This document shows, piece after piece, positions 10,028 through 21,100 of a stretch of DNA of 48,315 nucleotides. Source of the stretch: Escherichia phage ES; sequence record OR466728.1; one strand, given 5' to 3'. Made by a program: the position numbers and the translations under genes. The first letter of the stretch is position 1. Every line of letters begins with the position of its first letter. A model generated the notes under the pieces. That model was not told the DNA's origin and did no database searches. It was given only the letters and a program-made list of their open reading frames with translations.

Positions 10028-10463
10028 GTTTGGTGGAAACCTCGAGGTTCAGACTTTCTACAAAGACATTAACGGATGGATTGCGTTCGTTGAAGATTCC
10101 GTGAAGGATGTTGTTTATCTAACTGTTGAGAAGGCGTCTGAGGATATTGTAAAGCTATCCCCGGTTGACACAGGAAGATTTAAAGGCAACTGGCAGGTTA
10201 CTGCGAACGCCCCAGCACAACAGGCACTTATCGACAGGGATGTTGCTGGCTCAGATACAATAGCAAGGCTAAAGAGACAGGCGAGAGCTGTAGCTAATGC
10301 ACAATCTACCAAGGTAATTTTCATATCTAACGTCGTTGATTATAGCGTTCATCTTGAGTATGGTTCTTCATTGCAAGCGCCAAACGGGGTTCTTGGAGTG
10401 GTTGAGACAAGGTTAGGCAGGTATTTCTCTGAAGCGGTCGAGGAATCAAGGAGAAAACGATAA
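10020..10463 (+). CDS. tail completion / neck protein (putative)
   Basis: 147 aa from ATG 10020, RBS AAGGAGGG. Confidence 0.35.
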   Translation: MAKFGGNLEVQTFYKDINGWIAFVEDSVKDVVYLTVEKASEDIVKLSPVDTGRFKGNWQVTANAPAQQALIDRDVAGSDTIARLKRQARAVANAQSTKVIFISNVVDYSVHLEYGSSLQAPNGVLGVVETRLGRYFSEAVEESRRKR

Positions 10464-10861
10464 TGCAATATGAACTATCTTTAGCAGCAAGGAGGTTTGT
10501 AACTGATTTGGTTAAAACATTTCCAGTCAGGTATCCAATCTCCTACGAAAACGTAGCCTTTTCTCCACCAAGAAATGGTGGGATGTGGCTGAAATACGAC
10601 TATACTGAGGCTGATACAGTAACCTATAGCTTGAGTCGAAAGTGCAAATACTATGTAGGCATGGTTCAGTTATCTGTCTTTTTCTCCCCTGGTGATGGCG
10701 TTGATAAAGCGAGGAAACTAGCTAATCAATTGGCAGAATCAATGCTTGATGGTACAATGCTTGACACAGGCTACATTTATGAGGGCGGAGTAGTTCACCC
10801 GGTAGTGAAGTCAAAATCTGGCTGGTTTATTCCAGTTCGTTTCTATGTTCGTCTTGACTAA
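10463..10861 (+). CDS. tail terminator-like protein (putative)
   Basis: 132 aa, start overlaps upstream stop; last gene before major tail protein. Confidence 0.35.
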   Translation: MQYELSLAARRFVTDLVKTFPVRYPISYENVAFSPPRNGGMWLKYDYTEADTVTYSLSRKCKYYVGMVQLSVFFSPGDGVDKARKLANQLAESMLDGTMLDTGYIYEGGVVHPVVKSKSGWFIPVRFYVRLD

Positions 10862-10872
10862 AAGGAAAATAT

Positions 10873-11532
10873 ATGGCCCATCTCAGCAATGGCACCCAGG
10901 TGTTCGTAGAAGGCACCAGGGGTGATACTATCGACGTAACGGCAATTTCCAACGCTGTTACTCCTGTTTTAACTTTGTCCAGCGTGGCAGACATTGCACG
11001 CGGTGACTACCTGTTGTTTACCAGCTCTGCTTCAACTCTGCTTGCTGATAAGCAAGTTCGCGTTACCGCTGTAACTGGTTCCACTGTAACTGTTGAAGGT
11101 ATTGATACCTCCAGCACCACTAAGTTCCCTGCTGGTTTAACTGGTGAAGTGGTTAAGATTCTTAGCTGGTTTGAGGTTCCTTGCGTTCAAGACGTATCCA
11201 CTGACGGCGGCGAGCAGCAGTTCGTTAACTTCCAGTGTTTGTCCGATAACCGTGAGCAACAGATTCCAACTTACAAGTCCGCGGTAACCAACACCTATAC
11301 GTTCGCGCACGAATACACCAACCCGGTATATCCGATTCTGCGTAACTATGATGAGTCTGGCCAGGTTGTTGCAATTCGCCTGTTCGTACCTCGAGCCAGT
11401 GAAATGCGTCTTCAGTCAGGAACTATCGCTTTCAACGACACCCCGAGCATTGGTGTTAACGAAATCGAAACGGTATCCATCGCTGTTTCTATTCGCGGAA
11501 GGCTAAGTTCCGTAGCTTCTGAGCTAGCATAA
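10873..11532 (+). CDS. major tail protein (putative)
   Basis: 219 aa, RBS AAAAGGAA, followed by strong terminator, directly upstream of the chaperone/tape-measure genes. Confidence 0.55.
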   Translation: MAHLSNGTQVFVEGTRGDTIDVTAISNAVTPVLTLSSVADIARGDYLLFTSSASTLLADKQVRVTAVTGSTVTVEGIDTSSTTKFPAGLTGEVVKILSWFEVPCVQDVSTDGGEQQFVNFQCLSDNREQQIPTYKSAVTNTYTFAHEYTNPVYPILRNYDESGQVVAIRLFVPRASEMRLQSGTIAFNDTPSIGVNEIETVSIAVSIRGRLSSVASELA

Positions 11533-11539
11533 TAACCAA

Positions 11540-11559
11540 CCCTCTTCGGAGGGTTTTTT
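11540..11559 (+). terminator. rho-independent terminator
   Basis: CCCTC/GAGGG stem, TTCG loop, 6 T. Confidence 0.6.
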
Positions 11560-11564
11560 ATTGA

Positions 11565-11582
11565 TAGCACTTTTTGTTAAAG
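11565..11582 (+). promoter_or_regulatory. dyad box copy 3 (TAGCACTTTTTGTTAAAG)
   Basis: TATAGT 22 nt downstream, then CATCGAAAAG; ATG of 11641 is 76 nt downstream. Confidence 0.5.
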
Positions 11583-11640
11583 GCTAAGTCGCGGATTGCT
11601 GTATAGTTCATTCATCGAAAAGAAATGAGAGATTAATGAA

Positions 11641-11889
11641 ATGAACAACGTAAAAAACATCATCAAACTTGCCGCTGCTCTTGGTGCTTTCTACCTGGCA
11701 ATTCAGATTGTTAACCCAACTGGTAGCGCAACCGCAAACTCTGATGCAATAAAATATCAGACCAAATTCAATAGCGCATATTCATACTGTGAAAAAGTTG
11801 CTGGCGATAAAGTTAATCAGATTATGACGCATGGTCGCGAAGTGTGCACCGAAGTTGCTCACAACATTGTAAAAAACGAATCAAAGTAA
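11641..11889 (+). CDS. small exported/membrane protein (hypothetical)
   Basis: 82 aa, N-terminal hydrophobic segment LAAALGAFYLAIQIV, two Cys; own promoter box; inserted between major tail and chaperone genes. Confidence 0.5.
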   Translation: MNNVKNIIKLAAALGAFYLAIQIVNPTGSATANSDAIKYQTKFNSAYSYCEKVAGDKVNQIMTHGREVCTEVAHNIVKNESK

Positions 11890-11924
11890 TATAATAATTC
11901 AACATAAACAAAGGAGATAACGAG

Positions 11925-12239
11925 ATGGCAAAATTTAAACTTTCACTAAAGGCGCTGCCTGACTTTAAACTTCCAGTTAAGTTTCAGCTTGCGAATGGTG
12001 AAGATGCGGAAGTGGTACTGACGGTTAAGCACAAGAAATCATCCGAGTTGCAGGAGATTCTTAATCGTGAGAACTTCAGTACTAAAGAATTGATTAACGA
12101 AATCTGCTCTGATTGGGATTTAGAAGAGCCATTTAACGATGAGAACGTAGATGAGTTCACCAACCTTTTTCCGGGCGCTGTGCCATCGTTGATGGATAGC
12201 TACATGAAAGCTCTGGCAGGTCAGCGAGTAAAAAACTAA
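11925..12239 (+). CDS. tail assembly chaperone (G-like)
   Basis: 104 aa immediately upstream of tape measure; ends just after slippery A_AAA_AAC. Confidence 0.6.
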   Translation: MAKFKLSLKALPDFKLPVKFQLANGEDAEVVLTVKHKKSSELQEILNRENFSTKELINEICSDWDLEEPFNDENVDEFTNLFPGAVPSLMDSYMKALAGQRVKN

Positions 12240-12553
12240 AACGCGCAGTATACTTACAATACCAGTCACCGCCAACGGATGCTGAACTCGAAGCTATCGG
12301 AATGAAACGTTCCGATTATGAAGGTGATGAGCCTGAAGAGTTATACTTCGATGAAACAATGATGCAAAGCTGGGATGTGTACTGTGCCATGTCAACTCAA
12401 TGGCGAGTAGGGGCTTGCGGTGCCACAGGCCTTGATTATAATTGCCTTCCATTCTTGTTCAAAGTCTATAAAATAGATGATGACGAAATGGTACTTAACG
12501 ACATCAGAATACTTGAGGCTAAAGCCTTAGATATGATGAACGCCAAGAAATAG
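11925..12553 (+). CDS. tail assembly chaperone frameshift fusion (GT-like), -1 shift at 12230-12236
   Basis: heptamer A_AAA_AAC at 12230-12236; the -1 frame is open from 12236 to 12553 and joins ORF 12302-12553. Confidence 0.55.
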
Positions 12554-12576
12554 CCATCCTTCGGGGTGGCTTTTTT
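12553..12576 (+). terminator. rho-independent terminator
   Basis: GCCATCC/GGGTGGC stem with one wobble, TTCG loop, 6 T. Confidence 0.5.
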
Positions 12577-12590
12577 ATTATGGAGACAAC

Positions 12591-15563
12591 ATGGCAACTA
12601 ACGAAATTGCTGGTATCACGCTAGCCGTCGACGTAGCTCAGGTCGATAAGGGTACGCAATCCTTACAGAAATTCAGGCAAGCAAACGAGCAAGCTGCAAC
12701 AGGCATTAATAGCTTCGTCAACGCCGAACTTGTAGCCAAGACTCAAGCAAGGGACACTGCAAGGCAGCTTGAGGAGCAGCGCAAATCTTTCGCATCACTT
12801 CAGCAAGCCATAGACCCAACCGCTGCTAAATTCCTGAAGTTGCAGAAAGCAGCAACAGATTTGGACAAAGCATTTGAATCCGGGATAGTTCCTGATGATG
12901 AATTCTTCAGGCTTGGCTCTGTTATTGAAACTCAAATCAATAAGCTAAACAGGTCTAAAGCCGCTCTTAGCGAAGAAGGCAGGGCTGCACTACAGGCATC
13001 AATAGATAAAGAGAAAGCAACAACAGCAGCGCAAAAGTTCATTCAATCTCTTGAGAACGAGGCGAATGCAGCAAGCCTGACAAGGACTGAACTTCTTCAG
13101 CTTAAGGCTGCTCAGCTAGGAGTTAGTGACCAGGCTGCACCGATTATCGACAGGATTGGAAAGGCTGCCGAGGCATCTGCGGTACAATTGCAGAAGCAAA
13201 GCTCCGCTTTTGTTAAGTCTGGGCTTAGTGCCGGTCAATACAAGCAAGCAATACGACAGCTACCAGCTCAGATTACAGATATCGGAACATCTCTTGCTGG
13301 CGGCATCCCAATCTGGCTCATTGCAATTCAGCAGGGCGGTCAGATTAAGGATAGTTTTGGTGGCATTGGCAATACAGCAAGGTTTGCATTAGCAGCCATT
13401 AATCCATTAACGGCAGTTGTTGGGACTTTGGGATTGGCTCTTGGTGCTCTTGGTGTTGCAGCTTATCAGGCCGACAAGAATACTCGCGGACTAGCATCAA
13501 CGATAACACTGGTTGGCAACTCAACTATTACATCAACAGCGCAGATAAATCAGGTTGTTGATGGAATCGAGAGCTCAACGCTAGCCACGCGCGGACTTAT
13601 CCAGGAGATAGCTAACAGCCTGGTAGCAAACGGCAATCTAACGCTTACACAGATAGACAAAATAACTAAGGCAACCGCGCAGTGGGCAACTGTAACATCA
13701 ACTGACTCGAAAACTATTCTTGGGTACTTTGACCAGATTACAAAGGACCCAATTCAAGGTCTGATTGCACTCGATAAGCAGTTCAACTTCCTTCAGTCAG
13801 GGCAGTTAAAATACATTGAGAATATCAGGAAGACCGCTGGAGAAACGGAGGCTGTAACAGCAGCTACAGAGCTATTCGCTAACGTTATGGAAAACAGGCT
13901 CGCGGACGTTGCGCTAAGCCTTAACCCGCTTGAAAGTGCATGGAATAGCTTCAGGAAGTTTGTAAGTGAGATCTGGGATGATATAAGCAAAAGGACGCTT
14001 GGGGCGCTTAACTTAATAACTGACGTTGTTGCGGGTACGATTGAGCAGATAAGGTCGTTAATAAACTCCGGTGATATCCTATTAGGCGAGTTTGCAATAG
14101 CCGCAACCAAGACTCTTCAGTCAATCCCTGGACTTGGGGATTTAGGCAATGAGGCAATCGCTGAACAGCAAAAGATTGTTGATGCAGCCAAGAAGCAAAA
14201 TGAGGAGTTAGCAAAAAGCATAGCTGAGCGAGATGCTAGAATCAGGAAGGGTGAGCTTGGTTATGTTGAGAGTAACAATAACACCAACCCGAGCGGCAAC
14301 AAAACATCAACTGATAAGGAGTTCGGAGCAAGGAAGAAGGCGCTAGCTGATGAGCTTGATACAATAAAGAAAGCAAGGAGCGAGAGGAATAAGGCAGTAA
14401 AAGAAGAGAGGGATTTAACTTTATCTTATGAATCTGGTGTTCTTGCTCTTCAGGCTCAGTTAAAGGTTTTACAAGAGCACAAGACGATAAACGATGTAAT
14501 AAGTAACGAACGAAAGCAACTATTCCAGGAGGAAGCAAAGTTTGCAATACTTGAGCAAAGAAAGGCCGATGGCAGCTTAACTAAGTCCCAAGCTAAGCTA
14601 CTTGCTCAGAAGAATATCATTCTTGAACAGGCTAAACAGAAGGCTGAGCTTGGTGACCAGATTGTGCTTCAGGAGAGGTCAAACAAGTTACTTGATGACA
14701 ACCTCAAGAAGACTGTGCAGATTAAGAATGAGGCAAATAATGTTTCGCTTGCTGCTAATTTATCTGACAGGGAGAAGCAGAGGGCAAAAGAGCTTCAGGC
14801 TCTACAGTCCAATCAGGTAAACAAAGGTGGCTCTGTTGATGATACTGACTTTCAGGCTTTACTCGAAGCTAGGCGTAATTTCTATGCTCAAGAGGATGCG
14901 CTACGTGAAAACTGGCTCGCTGGTGTGCAGTCATCCTTCGCAAATTGGGCAGAGAGCGCGACAGATGCTTTCTCAATTGCTGGTGAATTAACAACTTCTG
15001 TCTTTACAGGAATTACGGAGCAGATTACTAGCCTTGTGACAACTGGCACGGCAGACTTCAGGAGTTTTACCGTTGAAATCCTGAAACAGATTGCGAAGAT
15101 TGCTACTCAGCTTCTGATTGTGAAGGCGATTGAGTCAAGCTTAAGTAGCTTTGGTGGCACTGGCGGCGCAATTGGTTCAATTGGTAGCGCTCTTGGCTTT
15201 GCTGGCGGCGGTTATACTGGTGATGGTGGGAAGTATCAACCTGCCGGAACTGTGCACCGCGGTGAGTTTGTATTCACAAAAGAAGCAACAAGCAGAATTG
15301 GCGTTAAGAATCTGTATAAGCTAATGCGAGGTTATGCAAATGGCGGTGCTGTTGGTGGGCCTTCTGGATATGCTAATGGTGGAGTTGTTGGCGGTACTAA
15401 TGTCAGTGTTGGTGGTGTGACGGTTAACGTAAGCTCTGGATTTAGTAGCGGTAATGATGCTAAGGCGATAGAATCTGGAGTCAAGGTTATCGTTGCTGAG
15501 GAAATCAGCAAGTCATTCCAGCAGGGCGGCAGAGCCTTTGCTTATCTGAGGGGTTACAACTAA
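12591..15563 (+). CDS. tail tape measure protein
   Basis: 990 aa, Ala/Gln/Lys-rich coiled-coil body, Gly-rich C-terminal region, follows the G/GT chaperones. Confidence 0.8.
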   Translation: MATNEIAGITLAVDVAQVDKGTQSLQKFRQANEQAATGINSFVNAELVAKTQARDTARQLEEQRKSFASLQQAIDPTAAKFLKLQKAATDLDKAFESGIVPDDEFFRLGSVIETQINKLNRSKAALSEEGRAALQASIDKEKATTAAQKFIQSLENEANAASLTRTELLQLKAAQLGVSDQAAPIIDRIGKAAEASAVQLQKQSSAFVKSGLSAGQYKQAIRQLPAQITDIGTSLAGGIPIWLIAIQQGGQIKDSFGGIGNTARFALAAINPLTAVVGTLGLALGALGVAAYQADKNTRGLASTITLVGNSTITSTAQINQVVDGIESSTLATRGLIQEIANSLVANGNLTLTQIDKITKATAQWATVTSTDSKTILGYFDQITKDPIQGLIALDKQFNFLQSGQLKYIENIRKTAGETEAVTAATELFANVMENRLADVALSLNPLESAWNSFRKFVSEIWDDISKRTLGALNLITDVVAGTIEQIRSLINSGDILLGEFAIAATKTLQSIPGLGDLGNEAIAEQQKIVDAAKKQNEELAKSIAERDARIRKGELGYVESNNNTNPSGNKTSTDKEFGARKKALADELDTIKKARSERNKAVKEERDLTLSYESGVLALQAQLKVLQEHKTINDVISNERKQLFQEEAKFAILEQRKADGSLTKSQAKLLAQKNIILEQAKQKAELGDQIVLQERSNKLLDDNLKKTVQIKNEANNVSLAANLSDREKQRAKELQALQSNQVNKGGSVDDTDFQALLEARRNFYAQEDALRENWLAGVQSSFANWAESATDAFSIAGELTTSVFTGITEQITSLVTTGTADFRSFTVEILKQIAKIATQLLIVKAIESSLSSFGGTGGAIGSIGSALGFAGGGYTGDGGKYQPAGTVHRGEFVFTKEATSRIGVKNLYKLMRGYANGGAVGGPSGYANGGVVGGTNVSVGGVTVNVSSGFSSGNDAKAIESGVKVIVAEEISKSFQQGGRAFAYLRGYN

Positions 15564-15594
15564 TTAACGGGGCTTCGGCCCCTAAGGATTTTAA

Positions 15595-15945
15595 ATGGCA
15601 TTGCAAACATTTAACTGGTGCTTGAACGTTCTCAACGGTGGATCATTATTTAGTAACAAGAACAACGTTAGAATTGTATCCTTTGGCAACGGCTTTGAAC
15701 AAAGGGGTACTGGAGGATACAGGACAAACAAAAGGACGTATACGGTTAGCTACGTTGGTCGTGAGTGGGAGGCAGTAATGAACTTCTGCTTTGATCACAT
15801 TGTAAAACCTTTCGCATGGACTACGCCACAGGGTGAATTAAAGCTGTTTGTTATTCAGCAGGATAGTATCAGCGTCACTCCTAGCACAAAAGAAGTCCAG
15901 ACTGTTAGCATGCAATTTACTGAAGTTTTTACTTCAATGAGTTAA
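15595..15945 (+). CDS. M: minor tail protein (lambda M-like)
   Basis: 116 aa, first gene after tape measure in a lambda-like M-L-K-I-J block. Confidence 0.6.
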   Translation: MALQTFNWCLNVLNGGSLFSNKNNVRIVSFGNGFEQRGTGGYRTNKRTYTVSYVGREWEAVMNFCFDHIVKPFAWTTPQGELKLFVIQQDSISVTPSTKEVQTVSMQFTEVFTSMS

Positions 15946-15950
15946 ACTAA

Positions 15951-15971
15951 GGCCCATAGAGGGCCTTTTTT
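15951..15971 (+). terminator. rho-independent terminator
   Basis: GGCCC/GGGCC stem, ATAGA loop, 6 T. Confidence 0.5.
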
Positions 15972-15983
15972 ATTGGAGAGAAT

Positions 15984-16739
15984 ATGGCAAGTTTAAAGTT
16001 TGAAAACCAGCTTCAATCACTTTTTCCTGGTGAAGTGGTTACGCTTATTGAGGTTGACGGAAGTAAATTCGGGGCAAGGGTTTACAGGTTTCATGGGGAG
16101 AACATCTCATACACGCCTGAAGAAATCATGCAAGCCCAAGCGTCCGGCCAGCCACTACCATCCAAGACAATCACTTTCCGTGGAGAAGAGTATGGAGCCA
16201 GGCCTTTCGGTATTAGCGGCATTAATCTTACTTCTGACGGCAAAGCAAACAAGCTCACGCTAATTTTATCAAACGTAGACCAGGCTGTTTCCGCGCTAAT
16301 ACGTCAGTATAATGGCATGGTTCAGGCTAAGGTGACAATTTGGGTTACTATCAGGGATAATATCAATGAGGACGGCAGCATTGCAGATGGTGATTATCGT
16401 AAGATGGTTTACTTTATTGAGCGCCCAAAGCAGGTTGACTACAAAACTGCCTCTTTTGAGTTATCTAGCCCAATTGATATGGATGGCATTTATATTCCAG
16501 CGAGGTTAGTCCAGTCAGTATGCTACTTCGCTTCTCGCGGCTGGTATCGCAGCGGTAACGGTTGTGATTATGCCGGGAATCGATACTTTGATAAAGACAA
16601 TAATCCGGTTGATGACCCTGGCCTGGATTTCTGCGCCGGAACTGTTGATGCATGTAAGTTAAGGTTTGGTGAAAACAACCAGCTATCATTTGGAGGTTGT
16701 GCCTCTGCCAGTTTACAAGCTAAGAATAACCAGAACTAA
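15984..16739 (+). CDS. L: minor tail protein (lambda L-like)
   Basis: 251 aa with Cys-containing C-terminal region; position in M-L-K-I-J block. Confidence 0.65.
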   Translation: MASLKFENQLQSLFPGEVVTLIEVDGSKFGARVYRFHGENISYTPEEIMQAQASGQPLPSKTITFRGEEYGARPFGISGINLTSDGKANKLTLILSNVDQAVSALIRQYNGMVQAKVTIWVTIRDNINEDGSIADGDYRKMVYFIERPKQVDYKTASFELSSPIDMDGIYIPARLVQSVCYFASRGWYRSGNGCDYAGNRYFDKDNNPVDDPGLDFCAGTVDACKLRFGENNQLSFGGCASASLQAKNNQN

Positions 16740-16749
16740 GGGGAGTAAA

Positions 16750-17508
16750 GTGCTTACACCAAAAGTTAAATTAGAAATCATGCGCCACGCAAAAGAGGAT
16801 TACCCAAACGAATGCTGCGGGGTTGTCACACAAAAGGGCATGGCCCAGAAGTATCACAGAATCACTAACGCATCAAAAGACCCCGAGAGTGAATTCATTC
16901 TTAATGCCAATGAGTATGCCGATATTGTCTTTAGTCTTGGCTACAGCGAATCAATTGTCTATATCGCTCACTCACACACCGGAGATGGAGCCACCACTCG
17001 ACCAAGCCCAGCAGATATATGCAGTTGCAATGAGTGTGAGATTCCTTATGTGATTGTTAGCTACCCTGAGGGGGATATGCGAATCCTTGAGCCTGAGGAT
17101 ATGCCGTTAGCAGGAAGGCCGTGGGGGCTTGGTAGCTTCGATTGTTGGGGGTTGATAATGGCGTTCCACGCAAAACACGGCGTTAAACTGGCTGATTACC
17201 GCGTTAATTATCCATGGTGGAACAAGGAGTATGGCGAAAATATCTATGACGAGAATTGGATTAAGGAAGGATTTGAGCTAGTAGAAACTGATGATATTCC
17301 AGTTGGCTCCATGATTATGATGCAGGTTCAAAGTGAGACGACAAACCACGCAGGAATCTACATTGGAGATAACAAGTTCCTGCATCACCTTTACGGAAAG
17401 ATGAGTAAAGTAGATACTTATAGCGATTACTGGCGCGAGCGCACGGTTCGCATTGTTCGCCACAAAGATTTACCAGAAGGAGTAAACTACAATGCAGAGA
17501 CTGATTAA
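16750..17508 (+). CDS. K: tail assembly protein K (MPN/JAB plus NlpC/P60 domains)
   Basis: JAB-like EDYPNECCGVV...HSH motif and NlpC/P60-like C-terminus; GTG start 16750 with RBS AAGGGGAG (ORF-track start 16666 overlaps L). Confidence 0.7.
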   Translation: MLTPKVKLEIMRHAKEDYPNECCGVVTQKGMAQKYHRITNASKDPESEFILNANEYADIVFSLGYSESIVYIAHSHTGDGATTRPSPADICSCNECEIPYVIVSYPEGDMRILEPEDMPLAGRPWGLGSFDCWGLIMAFHAKHGVKLADYRVNYPWWNKEYGENIYDENWIKEGFELVETDDIPVGSMIMMQVQSETTNHAGIYIGDNKFLHHLYGKMSKVDTYSDYWRERTVRIVRHKDLPEGVNYNAETD

Positions 17509-18067
17509 AATTAAACTTGGATTATCCCTCGGCAGGAAGTACGGAAAGATTCACGAACTTTGCGTTGAGTCAGTGCCCGAGGCGCTAAGGGCCCTATCTG
17601 TTAACATCCCAGCGTTCAAGGAATTTATGCAAAGCCATGCCGGGCAGAACACAAGGTTTGCAATCTTCGCGGATGGTAAGAACCTTAATGAACATCGCAT
17701 TAAAGACTTCAAGGCAGTTAAAGAGATTCGCATCATGCCAATCCCTCAGGGTCGAAAGAGTGGTGGGTTGTTCCAGACTGTTTTGGGGGCTGCACTAATA
17801 GGTGCCAGCTTCTTTCTTACTGGTGGTATTGCAACCGCTGTTCTTGGTGCTGGTATCTCACTAGCTGCTGGCGGTGTAGCTCAACTGCTTTCTCCACAGG
17901 CAGCTGGATTAAAGACACAGGAGTCAGCGCAAAACAGGGCTTCATATGCCTTTGGTTCTGCCGTAAATACTGTAGCGGCTGGTTATCCTGTGTGTTTGCC
18001 ATATGGGTACAGGTCTGTTGGTGGCTCAGTATTTAGCGCAGGCAGTTACTCAGAGGATATTAGTTAA
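17492..18067 (+). CDS. I: tail assembly protein I-like
   Basis: 191 aa between K and J, Gly/Ala-rich C-terminal hydrophobic segment. Confidence 0.55.
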   Translation: MQRLIKIKLGLSLGRKYGKIHELCVESVPEALRALSVNIPAFKEFMQSHAGQNTRFAIFADGKNLNEHRIKDFKAVKEIRIMPIPQGRKSGGLFQTVLGAALIGASFFLTGGIATAVLGAGISLAAGGVAQLLSPQAAGLKTQESAQNRASYAFGSAVNTVAAGYPVCLPYGYRSVGGSVFSAGSYSEDIS

Positions 18068-18075
18068 AAACAAAG

Positions 18076-18096
18076 CCCGCCTAGTGCGGGTTTTTT
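18076..18096 (+). terminator. rho-independent terminator
   Basis: CCCGC/GCGGG stem, 6 T. Confidence 0.55.
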
Positions 18097-18108
18097 ATTT
18101 AGTGTAGA

Positions 18109-21100
18109 ATGGCACAAATGGTCAAAACAAATACGGAGCTATGTGATATGGCACAAGATATTAAGATTTATGGGAGTAAGGGCGGTAGCCAGAAACAGAG
18201 ACAGCCTGTTGAGCAACCTGACAACCTGGTATCTGTAAACAAGGTTAAAGTACTTTTGGCGGTAGCGGATGGTGAGGTTGATAGTTCTTTTTCACTTCGT
18301 GATTTGTACCTGGCTGATGTTCCCGTTCAGAATGCAGATGGTACTTTAAACTACGAAGGAGTCACGGCTGAATTTAGGCCGGGAACTCAAGATCAGGATT
18401 ATATTCCTGGACTTGACGGTGCTAACTCGGAGGTTCAGGTTAGCCGAGAAATCACCAACAGCACTCCTTACATTATTGCCGTTAACAACAGTCAGCTATC
18501 GGCAATTAGGGTTAAGTTGTTTTGGCCAAGACTGATTAGCCAAGAAAGTAATGGCGACCTTAATGGCACTACGTGCGAGTACGCGATTGACTTATCTGTT
18601 GATGGCGCAACTTACACTGAATACACGCGCGGCGTAGCTAATGGCAAGACAACTAGCGGATACGACAGAAGTATCAGGGTTAACCTTCCAGCGGAGTTCT
18701 CTAGCGCACTGGTAAGGATTCGAAAGATTACGGCAGATTCAGAAAGTTCTACGCTGGTTAACGACATGCAAATTACGACCTATCAGGAAGTAATTGATGC
18801 TAAATTCCGCTACCCACTTACAGCGCTGGTTTACGTTGAGTTCAGTTCTGACCTCTTCCCTAACGGAATCCCGACGATTTCAATCAAGAAGAAGTGGAAG
18901 TTGATTCGCGTTCCAACTAACTACAACCCAGAGACAAGGACTTACAGCGGAACCTGGAACGGCACCTTTAAGATGGCGTATTCCAATAACCCGGCGTGGG
19001 TTCTTTACGACTTGGTGACGAATCAGCGTTACGGACTTGACCAGCGAGAGCTTGGCATTACTATTGATAAGTGGGGTCTGTATGAGGCGGCGCAATTCTG
19101 TGACCAGATGGTTCCAGATGGTAAGGGTGGAGTTGAGCCGCGCTACCTGTGTGATGTTGTCATTCAGCAGAAAGTTGAAGCATATCAGGTAATCCGTGAT
19201 ATTTGCTCTATCTTCCGTGGGCTGACATTCTATGACGGCGAGCAGATAGGGATTGTTGTCGATAAGCCGCGTCAACCATCGTACGTATTCACCAATGACA
19301 ACGTTGTTGATGGATTGTTCAACCGTACATTTGGTAGCGATAAGTCACTTTACACGGTTGCCAACGTTCAGTTTGATGACGTTGAAAACTCATACCAACA
19401 GGATGTTGAGCCAGTATTCGAGTTAGAGGCAACAAGGCGTTTTGGTTACAACCCGGTCGACCTTACAGCTATTGGATGTACTCGCAGGAGTGAGGCAAAC
19501 CGCCGCGGGCGCTGGTTATTAAAGACGAACATTCGCAGCGAGACTATTAGTTTCACTACTGGTCTGGAAGGTATGATTCCAATGATTGGTGAGGTTATTG
19601 CAGTTAATGACCAGGCATGGTCTAGCAACTACACCCTTAACCTTTCTGGTCGTATCGAGTCAGTAAGTGGGTTGCAAGTTTTTGTGCCATTTAAGATTGA
19701 TGCTACTGCTGGCGACAGGATTCTAATAAACAAGCCTGATGGAATGCCAGAGTACAGGACCATTGCATCTGTATCTGAAGATGGTATGACGCTGCAACTT
19801 AATACAGCGTTTAGCTTTACTCCTCAGCCTGACACAGTATTTGCGATTGATAAGGAAAATCTTGCTCTTCAGCAATATGTTGTGACCGGGATTCAAAAAG
19901 CAGACAGCGATGGAGACGATGCGTTCGGTTACAGCATTACGGCAGTCGAGTACGACCCGAATAAATACGACGAAATTGATTACGGCGTAAACATTCAGGA
20001 TAGGCCATCGTCAATCGTTGAACCTGACACGCTACTTGCCCCAGAAAATGTTCAGGTGAGCAGCTACAGCAAGGTTGTGCAGGGTTTATCAGTTGAAACA
20101 ATGGTAATCACCTGGGACAAAGTTCAGTACGCCAAGACTTACACGGTACAGTGGCGTAAGGAGAACGGAAACTGGATTAACGTACCGCGCACAGCAAACA
20201 CAGAAGTTGATATTGAAGGTATTTATGCTGGTATTTATCAGGTTCGCGTGAGGGCTGTTTCTGATACTGAAAACGTATCCGCATGGTCTGACATTGTTTC
20301 AGCAAGCCTAACTGGTAAAATTGGAACGCCGTCTGAGCCTACGGTAATCACAGCTTCAGATGATGAAATATTCGGCATTAGGGTTAAGTGGGGATTTCCT
20401 GAAAACTCAGCCGATACGTCATACACTGAATTGCAGCAAGTAGCCGACAATGGTGATGGTACTTACTCACCAGAGAACGCCAGTTTGTTAACGCTAGTTC
20501 CTTACCCGGGTTACGAGTATTGGCACACTACATTGCCGGCAGGAAAGGTTATCTGGTACAGGGCGCGACTGATTGACAAGATTGGTAACGTCTCACCATG
20601 GACTGATTTTGTAAGGGGTATGGCAAGCGATGATGTGTCGTCAATCATTGGTGATATTAAGGTTGATATAGAAAACTCAGATGGGTTCAAGTATCTCCAA
20701 CAGAATGCCATTGAGTCAAACGGAGCTATTCAGGCGCAAGCGGAATCAATAATTGAGAACGCCCTGGCTAATGATGGTGACGTGCGTAGAATGACGAAGG
20801 AAAACGGCAAGAGGAAGGCCGAATTTGTTCAGGCTGTGAATCTTATCGCCGATGAAGAAAGGGCTCGCGTAGAGGCTCTGACGCAGCTTAAAGCGCAGAT
20901 TGATGATGAGATTGTGGCTTCGTTGACAAGGATTGATACGGCGCTAGCGGAAGAAACGCAAGCAAGGACCACTGCGGACACTGCTTTATCTGCAAGGCTC
21001 GGTGAGAATGAAGCTGCTTTAAATGAGAAGCTGGATACTTACGTTACAGCTGATTCAATTGGTGCGCAGTACGGCATTAAGCTGGGTCTTACTTACAATG

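Noticed and set aside
16666-16749. Upstream extension of the K gene to the track start at 16666
   Set aside because: It would overlap the end of the L gene by 74 nt; a GTG at 16750 with RBS AAGGGGAG right after the L stop is a better start.
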